The notes under the pieces: generated by a model
The model's input: only the letters and a program-made list of their open reading frames with translations
Told to the model about the DNA's origin: nothing
Database searches by the model: none
Translations under genes and position numbers: made by a program
Part shown: positions 8,953-18,451 of the stretch, in pieces
How positions within the stretch are numbered: position 1 is the stretch's first letter
Layout: each line of letters opens with the position of its first letter
NCBI GenBank assembly: GCA_963834265.1
Contig: CAWIAU010000001.1
Location: forward strand, 199,572 to 263,571
Direction: 5' to 3'
Length of the DNA: 64,000 nucleotides
Origin: an uncultured bacterium
Lineage (GTDB): Bacteria; Patescibacteriota; Saccharimonadia; Saccharimonadales; 2-12-FULL-41-12

Positions 8953-9704
8953 GAAATCGCTCCGTTTCTGGTCAGTTCGTTGCGACCGACCACTGTTAAG
9001 TAGACATCTTCGAGAGTTCGCTTCTTGTAATGTTTTTTGAGCTCGGCGCCCGTACCGGTGCGTACTATCCGGCCATGATTGATAAGCGCCAGGTTGTCAC
9101 AGAGTTGCTCGGCTTCTTCGATGTAATGCGTGGTCAGCAGGATGGTCGTGCCTTCTTTGTTTACCTTTTTCATGTAGCGCCACAGTTCCAGGCGCAACTC
9201 GACGTCTACACCGGCAGTCGGTTCGTCCAGTATCAGCATTCTGGGCCGGTGCATCAGAGCCCGGGCCAATACTACACGGCGTTTCATCCCGCCTGAGAGA
9301 AAGGCGCTCCTGGCCTTGCGTTTTTCAGTCAGCGAAAAAGCCTCCAGAAGCTCATCTATACGTTCGCGGCGCTGCTGCTTCGGCATGCCGTAGTACCCGC
9401 CGTGATAATCCAGCGTATCTTCAACAGATAAGAACCAGTCCAGATTTGTTTCCTGAGGTGCCAGCCCTACGAGGCTCCGGGCAGCCTGGTAATCTGTCAC
9501 AACATCATGTCCGAAAACCGTTGCCGTGCCGCTGGTCGGTATAGCCAGCCCCATAATACAGTGAATAATTGTAGATTTGCCGGCACCGTTCGGACCCAGC
9601 AGGCCGAAAAATGACCCCTCAGGAATTTCCAGATCAATACCTTTGAGCGCCTTTGTCCCGCTGGCATAGGTTTTCTTCAACTTCGTAACTTCCAAAGCTC
9701 CCAT
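8949..9704 (-). CDS. ABC transporter ATP-binding protein
   Basis: Walker A (GPNGAGKST), ABC signature (LSGGMKRR) and Walker B (LILDEPT). Confidence 0.93.
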   Translation of the reverse strand: MGALEVTKLKKTYASGTKALKGIDLEIPEGSFFGLLGPNGAGKSTIIHCIMGLAIPTSGTATVFGHDVVTDYQAARSLVGLAPQETNLDWFLSVEDTLDYHGGYYGMPKQQRRERIDELLEAFSLTEKRKARSAFLSGGMKRRVVLARALMHRPRMLILDEPTAGVDVELRLELWRYMKKVNKEGTTILLTTHYIEEAEQLCDNLALINHGRIVRTGTGAELKKHYKKRTLEDVYLTVVGRNELTRNGAIS

Positions 9705-9748
9705 AGATTTCTAGTTTACAGCATTTAAGAGCCTGTTTACAGGGGTTT

Positions 9749-10831
9749 TCAGACGTTGAAGCGGAATTCTACGATATCTCCCGGCTGCATAAGATAGGTT
9801 TTGCCCTCCGTACGGACTTTTCCGGAGCTTTTGGCGGCTGCTTCGGACCCTGCCGTTACCAGGTCGTCATAATCTATTACCTGAGCAGCAATAAAACCGC
9901 GCTCAAAATCCCCGTGTATTGCGCCGGCTGCCTGCGGTGCGGTGGCTCCCCGGGGAATTGTCCAGGCACGGACTTCTTTTGCGCCGGCTGTCAGGTAGCT
10001 TTGGAGCCCCAATGTTGCGTAAGCGGCATGTATAAGCTGGTTCAGTCCGGCTTCCTTAACCCCGTATGTTTCCAGGAGTTCTGAGGATTCTTCCAATGAT
10101 AGCCCCTGCAGTTCGCTTTCCAGCTTTGCACAGACAAATACAGCTTCAGCGGGAGCCACTATATCGGTCAACTCATTTTTTTTTGTCTGGTCTGCCAGTG
10201 TTTGCTCATCGACATTAAAGAGGTAAATCATGGGTTTGGCAGTGATAAGTTGCAGATCGGCTATCAGTTCGAAATTTATCGGTGTCGGGCTTTGACTCAC
10301 GGGCGTACCGCTGTCCAGCAGCCCTTTTACTCTGGCCAGTTCGTTCAGTACAGGTTTAAGCTTGGGGTTAATCCGGGCTTCTTTTTCGGTTCGTGGGAGG
10401 CGCTTGTCGACTGTCTGCAGGTCAGCCAGCACCAGCTCGGTATTGATAACATCTATATCCCCCCGGGGATTATGTTCCTTGTCGACGTGCTGCACATTGT
10501 CATCAGTAAAAGCTCTCACCACCTGACAGATTGCATTACAGCTGCGGATATGGCTCAGGAACTGATTACCCAGACCCTCGCCGTGGCTGGCACCGGCTAC
10601 CAGCCCGGCAATATCCACGAAGGTAACGCTGGCGGGGATTATCTTCTGACTGCCATACATTTGTGCTAATACATCAAGTCGCGGGTCTGGTACACCGACA
10701 ATTCCGGTATTGGGTTCAATTGTTGCAAAAGGATAGTTAGCCGCCAGAATATTATTATCTGTCAACGCGTTGAAGAGTGTGGATTTGCCGACATTAGGCA
10801 ACCCGACAATCCCTATCTTAAGTGTGCTCAT
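9749..10831 (-). CDS. ychF: ribosome-binding ATPase YchF
   Basis: MSTLKIGIVGLPNVGKSTLFNAL begins at 10831. The 60-codon N-terminal extension in the ORF track (to 11011) is hydrophobic junk overlapping the divergent gene. C-terminal TGS-like domain ends GDIVEFRFNV. Confidence 0.9.
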   Translation of the reverse strand: MSTLKIGIVGLPNVGKSTLFNALTDNNILAANYPFATIEPNTGIVGVPDPRLDVLAQMYGSQKIIPASVTFVDIAGLVAGASHGEGLGNQFLSHIRSCNAICQVVRAFTDDNVQHVDKEHNPRGDIDVINTELVLADLQTVDKRLPRTEKEARINPKLKPVLNELARVKGLLDSGTPVSQSPTPINFELIADLQLITAKPMIYLFNVDEQTLADQTKKNELTDIVAPAEAVFVCAKLESELQGLSLEESSELLETYGVKEAGLNQLIHAAYATLGLQSYLTAGAKEVRAWTIPRGATAPQAAGAIHGDFERGFIAAQVIDYDDLVTAGSEAAAKSSGKVRTEGKTYLMQPGDIVEFRFNV

Positions 10832-11003
10832 AGGTACTAGTTTAACAGATACAGAGTAGTTTACGATCAGCAGTTTGTCGGAGCCTGAGGTTAAGTGTGG
10901 GCAAACCAGGGCTGCAAAAATTGAAAAGGTAGTATATAAACACTTTGCAAATAGGCATAAGCTGTATACAATAGTTAAAAAGTAAACAATAACTATAGTA
11001 AGA

Positions 11004-12047
11004 ATGGTCATGAAACTACTAAAAAAACCGTCTGCGAAAAAAAATAAAAATCCGGTTCACGAAAACCCGAATGCCCCCCATACAACTGTACCTGCTGAGG
11101 ATTCCGCTGGATCGCAACAAATTGTTGGACCCAAAGTTTCTAAAAAGTGGCTGGGAAGTATTTTACTGATTATTGTTATAGGTGTAGCCGCTATCATGGT
11201 TGTTGACAAGAATAAGGACAATACGGTTTTTACCATAGATGGCAAAAGTTATAGCAACCAGCAAGTCAGCGATCTTACAGCTTTCCCCCGAAGCGCAGGA
11301 CTTGCTCCTGAAGATGCAGCACGTCAGGCCTTTGAGTTGCTGCGCAGCGTGAAAGCTGCCGAAAAATCCGGTGTTAAGCCCGATCCCAAGCTCTTTGAGT
11401 CTGCAAAAAAAGAGCTGCTAACGGCACTAAAACTTCAAAACTCAAAAGATAAGAATAGCTTGGCATGGGTTGATCTTCAGGCGCAGGTAAATGCTATCGA
11501 GCAGTATATTGGCGATACAGTTGTACCCGGCTATAAAGGCTACGCATTCGATTTTTATTTTGGCCAGCATATTCAGCATGGGCCGGACTCCAAAATTACC
11601 GGCTTAAATGACCCTGAGCTCATTCGCCAGGACAAAGAGTACGCAAAAAAGCAGGCTGACTTTTATTATCAGGGGATTAAGGGTAAGACTATGAGTCCAG
11701 AACAAGCACTGAGGCTCATATATAGCGACCCTAAGCTGACAAAGTTACCGGGTGGTGGCGGAACAACCAGCAAAAAATTCGGAAGTTCAAACACGCTTGA
11801 TTGGGAAACAGAAGTGCGTAATAAATCTGCCATTGATTATATAAAAAGCCAGACCCAGCCAGGCTTAAGCGATGTAAAAACGGGTAGGGCGGCAGCAAGT
11901 ATAAACCAGGAAGAAAAAGACTATCCGGAAATATATTACTATTTTGTACAGCTTGACGCGATCCCCGAGGTAAAAGCGGTAAGCCAGGCAGATTTTGCCA
12001 AAGCCAAAGATCAGATTAACGCAAAATATAAAGGGTTGAACAAATGA
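11004..12047 (+). CDS. membrane-anchored protein, possibly with a SurA/PrsA-N-terminal-like chaperone domain
   Basis: 347 aa with one N-terminal TM helix. No parvulin domain. Its stop overlaps the start of the next gene (ATGA). The functional call is tentative. Confidence 0.6.
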   Translation: MVMKLLKKPSAKKNKNPVHENPNAPHTTVPAEDSAGSQQIVGPKVSKKWLGSILLIIVIGVAAIMVVDKNKDNTVFTIDGKSYSNQQVSDLTAFPRSAGLAPEDAARQAFELLRSVKAAEKSGVKPDPKLFESAKKELLTALKLQNSKDKNSLAWVDLQAQVNAIEQYIGDTVVPGYKGYAFDFYFGQHIQHGPDSKITGLNDPELIRQDKEYAKKQADFYYQGIKGKTMSPEQALRLIYSDPKLTKLPGGGGTTSKKFGSSNTLDWETEVRNKSAIDYIKSQTQPGLSDVKTGRAAASINQEEKDYPEIYYYFVQLDAIPEVKAVSQADFAKAKDQINAKYKGLNK

Positions 12048-15000
12048 ATATCAAATATCCCTATAAACTTGCCCTGCTGGCTGTATTCAGCCTGACGGGA
12101 GTATTTATTGTGGGCGGTTCATCACCTGTATCAGCTGCTGCATCATGTGTAAATAACTCAGGCAATCATAACGATTATGCAAATATTGTAGTCAATGTGC
12201 AATGGATGGACAAAGCAGGCAATATCCGCCAATTCAATGATGGAAAAGTTCGCGTTACAACCGTTGCCTCTACTTCTGCCAGTGGCGGCAATAATATTAT
12301 TCAGACAAATAGCGGGGAGCGTCATTCTACTGCCGTTTTTGATCAGATCACCAGAGGTGACTGCGGTTTTAATAATCTACCCGGGGCGACCGGAAGCAAT
12401 CCTCCCGGCGATACCACTAATGTTATTATTGGCTACAATTTCGGAAGTAGTGGCTCCCCGCAGAATACTTCCCCCAATAATTATGGGGACGGTCCCTGGG
12501 CGCTCGATTGCGATGAAGCTGACAGGGGCATAGGCAACGGTACACGCTTTGAGATAAGCGGAGCAGGTGTACCATCTGCGGCAGATGGAAGAACAAATTC
12601 AGGGAACTGGGGCGCTGTGCAGGATATTACTTCGCGCAATGGCCGGACAGACAAAATAACTGTCACCTGGTATGAGTCACAGGATCCTCCACCCCCCCCG
12701 TGTCCTGTAGGCGCTCCTTCGGCTGTTCCTCCATGCTATCCGACTACCGTTACCGGAAATATAAATGTAGACTGTCAGTACGTAGCCGGCGGGTTCAATA
12801 ACGCAACCTTCAGGTACTACAAGGTGTTCAGGAATGGCATCGCGGCAGCAAATGTAATCGGCTGGGGAGCGATGGATGCCGCTGGCAATATTCCGGCCCC
12901 CGGTCTTTCTATCGACGGTGTGGCACTGATAGGGCAGGGAGATACCCGAGAGGACTTCTTTATCAGAGGTTACCAGAATGCTGGTAATCCTGCTGACCCA
13001 ACTACGTATTCCGGAGTCAATCCGGCTCCTACTCCGCAATTTGTGCAATGGTTCGACTGTGTAGATGATTCTGTGGAATATACTATTACTGCAGATTGTA
13101 CCACGGTTTATATCCGTGGATTGTATGATCCCGATGGTGGAGACGTGAGCTGGAATTTAAATAGCGGCCAAAGCGGAGCCGGGCGTGGCGACATTGATGT
13201 TGCTCATGGAGTATCTGCCGGTTCAAACGCAGGGTTCAGTATCACAATGAACGCCGGCAATATAGGTCCGAGTGGTCCCAACTCGATAGTTACGCAGTCT
13301 AATGTTGCCAAATCCTATAGCGTTCCGCCGCCTGACTGCTTCGACGACCCGCCCAGCTTCACTATCTCTGCTGATTGCAGCACAATCAGGTTGCGCAACA
13401 TGAACGATCCTGATACTCCGGGAGCCGGCCTGAGTTATTCCGGAGGCATATATCAGAGAGTCGGAGCTACTCAGGGCGTCCTGGCACAAACGCTTATCGG
13501 AGCAGGTACGGATGTAGATATTCCTTATGATGCGCAAGCCTTGGAAGATGGGGTAAATGGCGGTTTTGTGATAATAGTGGGTGTCTACAACAACGAGCCT
13601 GATGGTTTTGGAGGGGGACAGGGAGCCTATGTGGGTGAGCAGCGTGTGGATGTCGGTCCATGCTTCAGTGCCACCTGTACGATCAGTATTGTTACAAATG
13701 TCCCCGGTGCGCCGGCAGGGAGCAATAATGTTGATGCCCGCCAGCCTTACACGATCAACTACAGCATTACAAATACCGGTCCTTTACCTATGCCCGGAAC
13801 AATGGCGGGGAGCGGAGAGCGGACTTCGCTTAGCAATAATGTTGGCCCGACACCGGCATTTGCCAGACATGTGGATGGCAGACCACTGGCAGTTGGCAGT
13901 ACTATGAATGGTAGCTTCTCTGCACCAGCGATCAACAGGATTGGTTCTTTCGGAGCTAACGGCTATGCCAGTTACGCATCAAGTTTCCGTCTGGGTGCGG
14001 ATTGCTCTCCGGGGCCAAGTATCGGGCCGTCTGGTGGCGGTGGCGGAGGAGGTTCTGTGACGGGTCCTCCCGGTGGTCCCGGCACGGGTAGAGTCAGTAC
14101 CTATGACGAGTTCAGGCTCACCCCTATAGCTACGGCACCAGTCTTCGATAATGAGGAAACTCCCACCACGGTAACCTTTACCCGATCTGTTAACGAGGTT
14201 ACTCCACGCGGCGCAAGCTTACCCGGCTGGATCGGAGCACGCGCTACCGCTACCAGAACTGCTACTTACCAGAGATTTGGCACGCCGGCGCCTGTGATAT
14301 TTGCAGGTACGGGAGCATGGCCGGCACAACCTGGAAACGGCTCAGAATCAGTCAATTTCATCACAAGAAACTACGGATTCAGCCGGCCTCCTCCCGCAGG
14401 ATTCGGTGGTGGTGATGAGTTTTGCTCTCGCGTGGTAGTAGGTCCGTCTACGGGCTTTGCAGGACCTGGCTCCGGTAATAATGTCTTCCAGCCCGGGCCG
14501 GCCGCGGATTCCGGTGCACCACCAGCCGGTTGCAGCAAAATCTATGACGAACCTTACATGAGAGTCTATGGTAATGACGTATCTGCAGGCGGTGACTTCC
14601 GTGACCCGGCATGCACTATCACTACTGCAGCCAGAATAGATATGTTCACCAGGAATCTGTCCGGTATTGGTCGTGGTTCAGGTGCACAGATGGCAGTATT
14701 TGCACAAGAGAAAATCAGCGGATTCCCAAGTACCACCACCAAGAGCGCGGCTCCGAGTGGCAAAATCGGCCTGTCGTTCTCCAATACCTTCAACAATACA
14801 AATACCAACGAAGCAGAGGGTGGCGGGAGTAGTAACAGGCCACGATCCGGGGGCGGGTTTGCAAGTGGTCCGTGTATTCCAAATTACTTCGAAGAAACAC
14901 AGTACTCTGACGCAGAAGAAGTAAGTCCCGGAGTTCCCAGAAAAGTTAATGTAGCCGGCTTTGCCGGGCCCGTCAGTACCGCGAGCCTGCCCAATCCGCA

Positions 15001-15580
15001 GACTGTAGTCGGCAGTAATGCCACTGTGACCGGCGGCGCACTGGGATTAGGCGAAAGAAGGTCATTATTGGTAAACGGAGACGTTTACATCAGTGGTAAT
15101 GTCGTATATGACACTAACTGGACTGCCATTGCCGATATCCCGAGCTTCTACCTGATCGTGAATGGTAACATCTTTATAGATAAGGATGTTACCCGGCTTG
15201 ACGGCACCTATATAGCTCAGCCGCGAGCGCCTGGCGTTGGCGGAAATATCTTTACCTGCTACGAAGATCCCGGAGTACCGGTACCTGTTGCCAGCCTGAA
15301 GCCCACCTGCGACAGACAGCTTGTTATTAACGGATCATTTGTAGCCGAAAAAGTCCATTTCCTGCGAACTCACAGAACAATCAGAGACTCGCCTGCGCTG
15401 CCAAACACTGAGAATCCGCTTTCTCCGGTGGCTCCTGCGGCGGGGCCGACAGTAGCAGCAGCTGCCGAGATATTCAACTTTACCTCTGAGACATATCTGG
15501 CTGTTCCTGCCTTGCGGCCCCTGGGTGGAAGTGCTAATTCGCAGTATGACTATATAACGGCATTACCGCCGGTCCTCTAG
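12044..15580 (+). CDS. large secreted Gly/Pro/Asn/Thr-rich protein, candidate pilus-associated surface protein
   Basis: 1178 aa with a signal peptide (LLAVFSLTGVFIVGGSSPVSAAAS). Two internal Cys-framed repeats (C[VF]DD..[YF]TI[TS]ADC[TS]T..R...DPD) and a poly-Gly run. No recognised domain. Confidence 0.8.
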   Translation: MNIKYPYKLALLAVFSLTGVFIVGGSSPVSAAASCVNNSGNHNDYANIVVNVQWMDKAGNIRQFNDGKVRVTTVASTSASGGNNIIQTNSGERHSTAVFDQITRGDCGFNNLPGATGSNPPGDTTNVIIGYNFGSSGSPQNTSPNNYGDGPWALDCDEADRGIGNGTRFEISGAGVPSAADGRTNSGNWGAVQDITSRNGRTDKITVTWYESQDPPPPPCPVGAPSAVPPCYPTTVTGNINVDCQYVAGGFNNATFRYYKVFRNGIAAANVIGWGAMDAAGNIPAPGLSIDGVALIGQGDTREDFFIRGYQNAGNPADPTTYSGVNPAPTPQFVQWFDCVDDSVEYTITADCTTVYIRGLYDPDGGDVSWNLNSGQSGAGRGDIDVAHGVSAGSNAGFSITMNAGNIGPSGPNSIVTQSNVAKSYSVPPPDCFDDPPSFTISADCSTIRLRNMNDPDTPGAGLSYSGGIYQRVGATQGVLAQTLIGAGTDVDIPYDAQALEDGVNGGFVIIVGVYNNEPDGFGGGQGAYVGEQRVDVGPCFSATCTISIVTNVPGAPAGSNNVDARQPYTINYSITNTGPLPMPGTMAGSGERTSLSNNVGPTPAFARHVDGRPLAVGSTMNGSFSAPAINRIGSFGANGYASYASSFRLGADCSPGPSIGPSGGGGGGGSVTGPPGGPGTGRVSTYDEFRLTPIATAPVFDNEETPTTVTFTRSVNEVTPRGASLPGWIGARATATRTATYQRFGTPAPVIFAGTGAWPAQPGNGSESVNFITRNYGFSRPPPAGFGGGDEFCSRVVVGPSTGFAGPGSGNNVFQPGPAADSGAPPAGCSKIYDEPYMRVYGNDVSAGGDFRDPACTITTAARIDMFTRNLSGIGRGSGAQMAVFAQEKISGFPSTTTKSAAPSGKIGLSFSNTFNNTNTNEAEGGGSSNRPRSGGGFASGPCIPNYFEETQYSDAEEVSPGVPRKVNVAGFAGPVSTASLPNPQTVVGSNATVTGGALGLGERRSLLVNGDVYISGNVVYDTNWTAIADIPSFYLIVNGNIFIDKDVTRLDGTYIAQPRAPGVGGNIFTCYEDPGVPVPVASLKPTCDRQLVINGSFVAEKVHFLRTHRTIRDSPALPNTENPLSPVAPAAGPTVAAAAEIFNFTSETYLAVPALRPLGGSANSQYDYITALPPVL

Positions 15581-15630
15581 GGAGAATCGATGGTGGGATC
15601 CTGTAACGCTTATGGTAAAATGAGGTCAAT

Positions 15631-16671
15631 ATGAGCTTATTGAGTGGGATATCTGACTATTTCGGTCTGGACATTGGCGTAAATGCCATCCGGATCGTAC
15701 AGTTATCGAATACGCCTCAGAATAAGCGACTGCTACGGTTTGCTCTGTTACCAATAGATCCCAAGCTATCTACCAGCGATGCAAAATCAGACCAGCTGCA
15801 ACTTGCCGAAAAAATAAAAGAGGCTATAGCAGCTGCCCAGATAACCACGCGTAATGTAGCCGCCAGCCTGCCGTCACAATTTGTATTCACCACAGTGGTA
15901 GATATTGAACGCCTGCCGCCGGATGAGCTGGCCAAAACCATCCGATATCAGGCCGACGCCCTTATACCCACACCTCTGGAGACTTCCAAGATTGATTGGG
16001 CCGTTATCGGTGATTCTCCAACAGATCCTGCCAAACTCGAGGTTCTGTTGTCGAGTGTGACCAATGAGTATTCTGAACACCGGCTGGATCTGCTGGAATC
16101 AATCGGGCTCAATGTAATATCTTTTGAGCCGGAAAGTCTGGCCCTGACGCGTTCTATGCTGACAGCAGACATGTCCCAGCCATGCATGATCATAGATATA
16201 GATAATCGTAAAACAGATATAGTTATCGCAATTGGCGGCATTCCGCGTCTGACGCGTTCGATACCCAATGGCACAGATGCTATCATTCGCTCTGCCGTGC
16301 AGAATCTGAACATTGAAGAAAAACAGGCTCAGGAATTTGTATTTAAGTTCGGACTGAGCCAGCAAAAACTTGAGGGACAGGTCTACTCTGCAATTATCGG
16401 TACTATTGACCAGCTGATCGGCGATGTCGAAAAATCTATTAAGTTCTTCGCATCCCGCTATAACAACACGAAAATTAACCGGATTATTATGACCGGCGGG
16501 GCATCAAGCCTGCCTGAGTTTCCGCTGTATATGGCCAATAAATTTGGTATAAACGTCGAAATAGGCAACGCGTGGCGCAACGTAGAATACAGTCCGGAGC
16601 GCCAGAACGAGCTTATGGCTCTGTCTAATCACTTCGCGGTAGCAGTCGGTCTGGCGGAGAGAAACGAATGA
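15631..16671 (+). CDS. pilM: type IV pilus assembly protein PilM
   Basis: 346-aa actin-like ATPase fold. Position and length are typical, and its stop overlaps pilN. Confidence 0.85.
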   Translation: MSLLSGISDYFGLDIGVNAIRIVQLSNTPQNKRLLRFALLPIDPKLSTSDAKSDQLQLAEKIKEAIAAAQITTRNVAASLPSQFVFTTVVDIERLPPDELAKTIRYQADALIPTPLETSKIDWAVIGDSPTDPAKLEVLLSSVTNEYSEHRLDLLESIGLNVISFEPESLALTRSMLTADMSQPCMIIDIDNRKTDIVIAIGGIPRLTRSIPNGTDAIIRSAVQNLNIEEKQAQEFVFKFGLSQQKLEGQVYSAIIGTIDQLIGDVEKSIKFFASRYNNTKINRIIMTGGASSLPEFPLYMANKFGINVEIGNAWRNVEYSPERQNELMALSNHFAVAVGLAERNE

Positions 16672-17405
16672 TTCAGTTCAACTTACTCCCTGATGTAAAA
16701 CTGGAATATATTCGTACTCTGCGACGCAAGCGCCTTATCGTCTTAGGGTCAGTTATCGTCATTATAGTCTCTTTTCTGATTTTTACGATTTTGTTTGTGA
16801 CTGTGCGGGTCGGTCAGAGATCGAGCCTGGAAGATCTGGATAATGATATCAAAAGTTCAGTTAAAACACTTCAGTCCAAACCGGACCTGAACAAAGTCCT
16901 GACTATTCAGAATCAACTTAAGAGTCTGCCTGACCTTCATAGCAAAAAGGTCATGAGTTCCCGTCTTTACGACTTCCTGACGCAGCTGACACCTAATCAG
17001 GCAAATATCTCGCAGGTTGACGTAGACTTTGCAAATGGAAAGATAATTCTCAAAGGTGCCGCCGATTCAGTGTTGACCATAAATAAGTTCGTCGACACGA
17101 TTAAATTCACGAAATATCAGCAGGGGGATCAGCAGAAAGACGCCTTTTCTAATGTCGTACTTCAGAATTTCTCGGTTACCGGCAGTAAATCAAGCAATCC
17201 GGCTGAAGACAGGGATACCTCTTATGATATTGCTTTCAATTTCGATCCCGTGATCTTCGCATTATCTAAAGAGAGTACCAGTGTCGCGGATGATTCTTTC
17301 AAGCTTATAGTGCCGAATATTATCAGTACCAGATCAGAAACTCAAAAGCCCGCAAGTTTGTTCGTGCCGGAGCCGCTCGGGCCGGATAAGGAAAGGGATA
17401 ACTAA
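16668..17405 (+). CDS. pilN: type IV pilus assembly protein PilN-like
   Basis: The N-terminal FNLLP motif followed by a single TM helix is typical of PilN. Confidence 0.75.
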   Translation: MIQFNLLPDVKLEYIRTLRRKRLIVLGSVIVIIVSFLIFTILFVTVRVGQRSSLEDLDNDIKSSVKTLQSKPDLNKVLTIQNQLKSLPDLHSKKVMSSRLYDFLTQLTPNQANISQVDVDFANGKIILKGAADSVLTINKFVDTIKFTKYQQGDQQKDAFSNVVLQNFSVTGSKSSNPAEDRDTSYDIAFNFDPVIFALSKESTSVADDSFKLIVPNIISTRSETQKPASLFVPEPLGPDKERDN

Positions 17406-17406
17406 G

Positions 17407-18150
17407 ATGGCCAAAGCAAGACCACATTTCTCAGTAAAACGCATAGCTATTGATAAGGCCAATGCCCGGATGCTGAGCGCAGTCGCAGCCGCAGCTTTCT
17501 TTGCAGTATTTTCTCTTGTTGCATCTCAGGCGCTTGTAAGTCAGATGAAATATCAGAATAAGGTCATTAAACTCAAAAAAACTGCCCTGAATCAGCTCAA
17601 AGTTAATATTACGGAAACTGACAAACTCTACACTGCTTATCAGGAGTTTGCCGGCAATACCGAGAATGTTCTGGGCGGTAATCCCAAGGCCGATGGCCCT
17701 AAAGACGGAGAGAACCCGCGTATTGTCCTGGATGCCCTGCCCAGCAAATACGATTTTCCGGCACTTGCCACCAGTATCGAAAAAGTGCTTAAGGAAAACA
17801 GCTATACGATAACAAGCATTGATGGTATCGATGACGAAGTAGCTCAGTCTAAGAAAAAAGATACTGGTGCTGCCCCGAAACCTATAGACATCCCGTTCAG
17901 CTTTACAGCACCGGCAGAAAGCCAGAGAGCCAAAGAGTTAAGCCAGCTCCTGGAACGGTCGATCAGGCCGATAGAAGTGCTGAGGATGACCGTAACAATA
18001 CGTGAGCAGGGAGGCAGACTTATTGTAAAAATGGATGGTAAGACATATTTTCAGCCCGAGAAGAGCCTGAAGATTGAAGATCAGGTGATAGCACCGAACG
18101 GCAGTGCTAAAAAACCAGTAAAGAAGTCCACAGGAGCAACAAAAAAATGA
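17407..18150 (+). CDS. pilO: type IV pilus assembly protein PilO-like
   Basis: Single TM helix followed by a coiled coil, in the third position of the pilMNO unit. Confidence 0.65.
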   Translation: MAKARPHFSVKRIAIDKANARMLSAVAAAAFFAVFSLVASQALVSQMKYQNKVIKLKKTALNQLKVNITETDKLYTAYQEFAGNTENVLGGNPKADGPKDGENPRIVLDALPSKYDFPALATSIEKVLKENSYTITSIDGIDDEVAQSKKKDTGAAPKPIDIPFSFTAPAESQRAKELSQLLERSIRPIEVLRMTVTIREQGGRLIVKMDGKTYFQPEKSLKIEDQVIAPNGSAKKPVKKSTGATKK

Positions 18151-18383
18151 AAAGAAGCGACATAGGTTTAATTATCGCAGTTGTTATTGTCGCGGGCTTC
18201 ATGTCATTGATTACTTCCAGGATATTATTCTCACCAAAGAAGACACAAAACCTGTCAGCCCAAAAGGTAGAAGCTATAAAAGCGGAGTTTTCTCCTCCCG
18301 ACGAAAAATTCTTTAACAATGATTCCATTAACCCTACACAGCTGATTAAGATTGGCGACACCGAAAATACAAAACCTTTTTAG
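18147..18383 (+). CDS. small single-pass membrane protein of the pil operon
   Basis: 78 aa with an N-terminal TM helix. Overlaps the pilO stop. Confidence 0.55.
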   Translation: MKRSDIGLIIAVVIVAGFMSLITSRILFSPKKTQNLSAQKVEAIKAEFSPPDEKFFNNDSINPTQLIKIGDTENTKPF

Positions 18384-18451
18384 AAGCGCGACCAGATGAC
18401 GCTAACTACTAACTACAAAACAATAATCTCCATCCGGGCCGGAGGGTTACA

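Noticed and set aside
10832-11011. A 60-codon N-terminal extension of ychF given by the ORF track.
   Set aside because: The conserved YchF N-terminus (MSTLKIGIVGLPNVGKS) begins at 10831. The extension is hydrophobic nonsense and overlaps the divergent 11004 gene.
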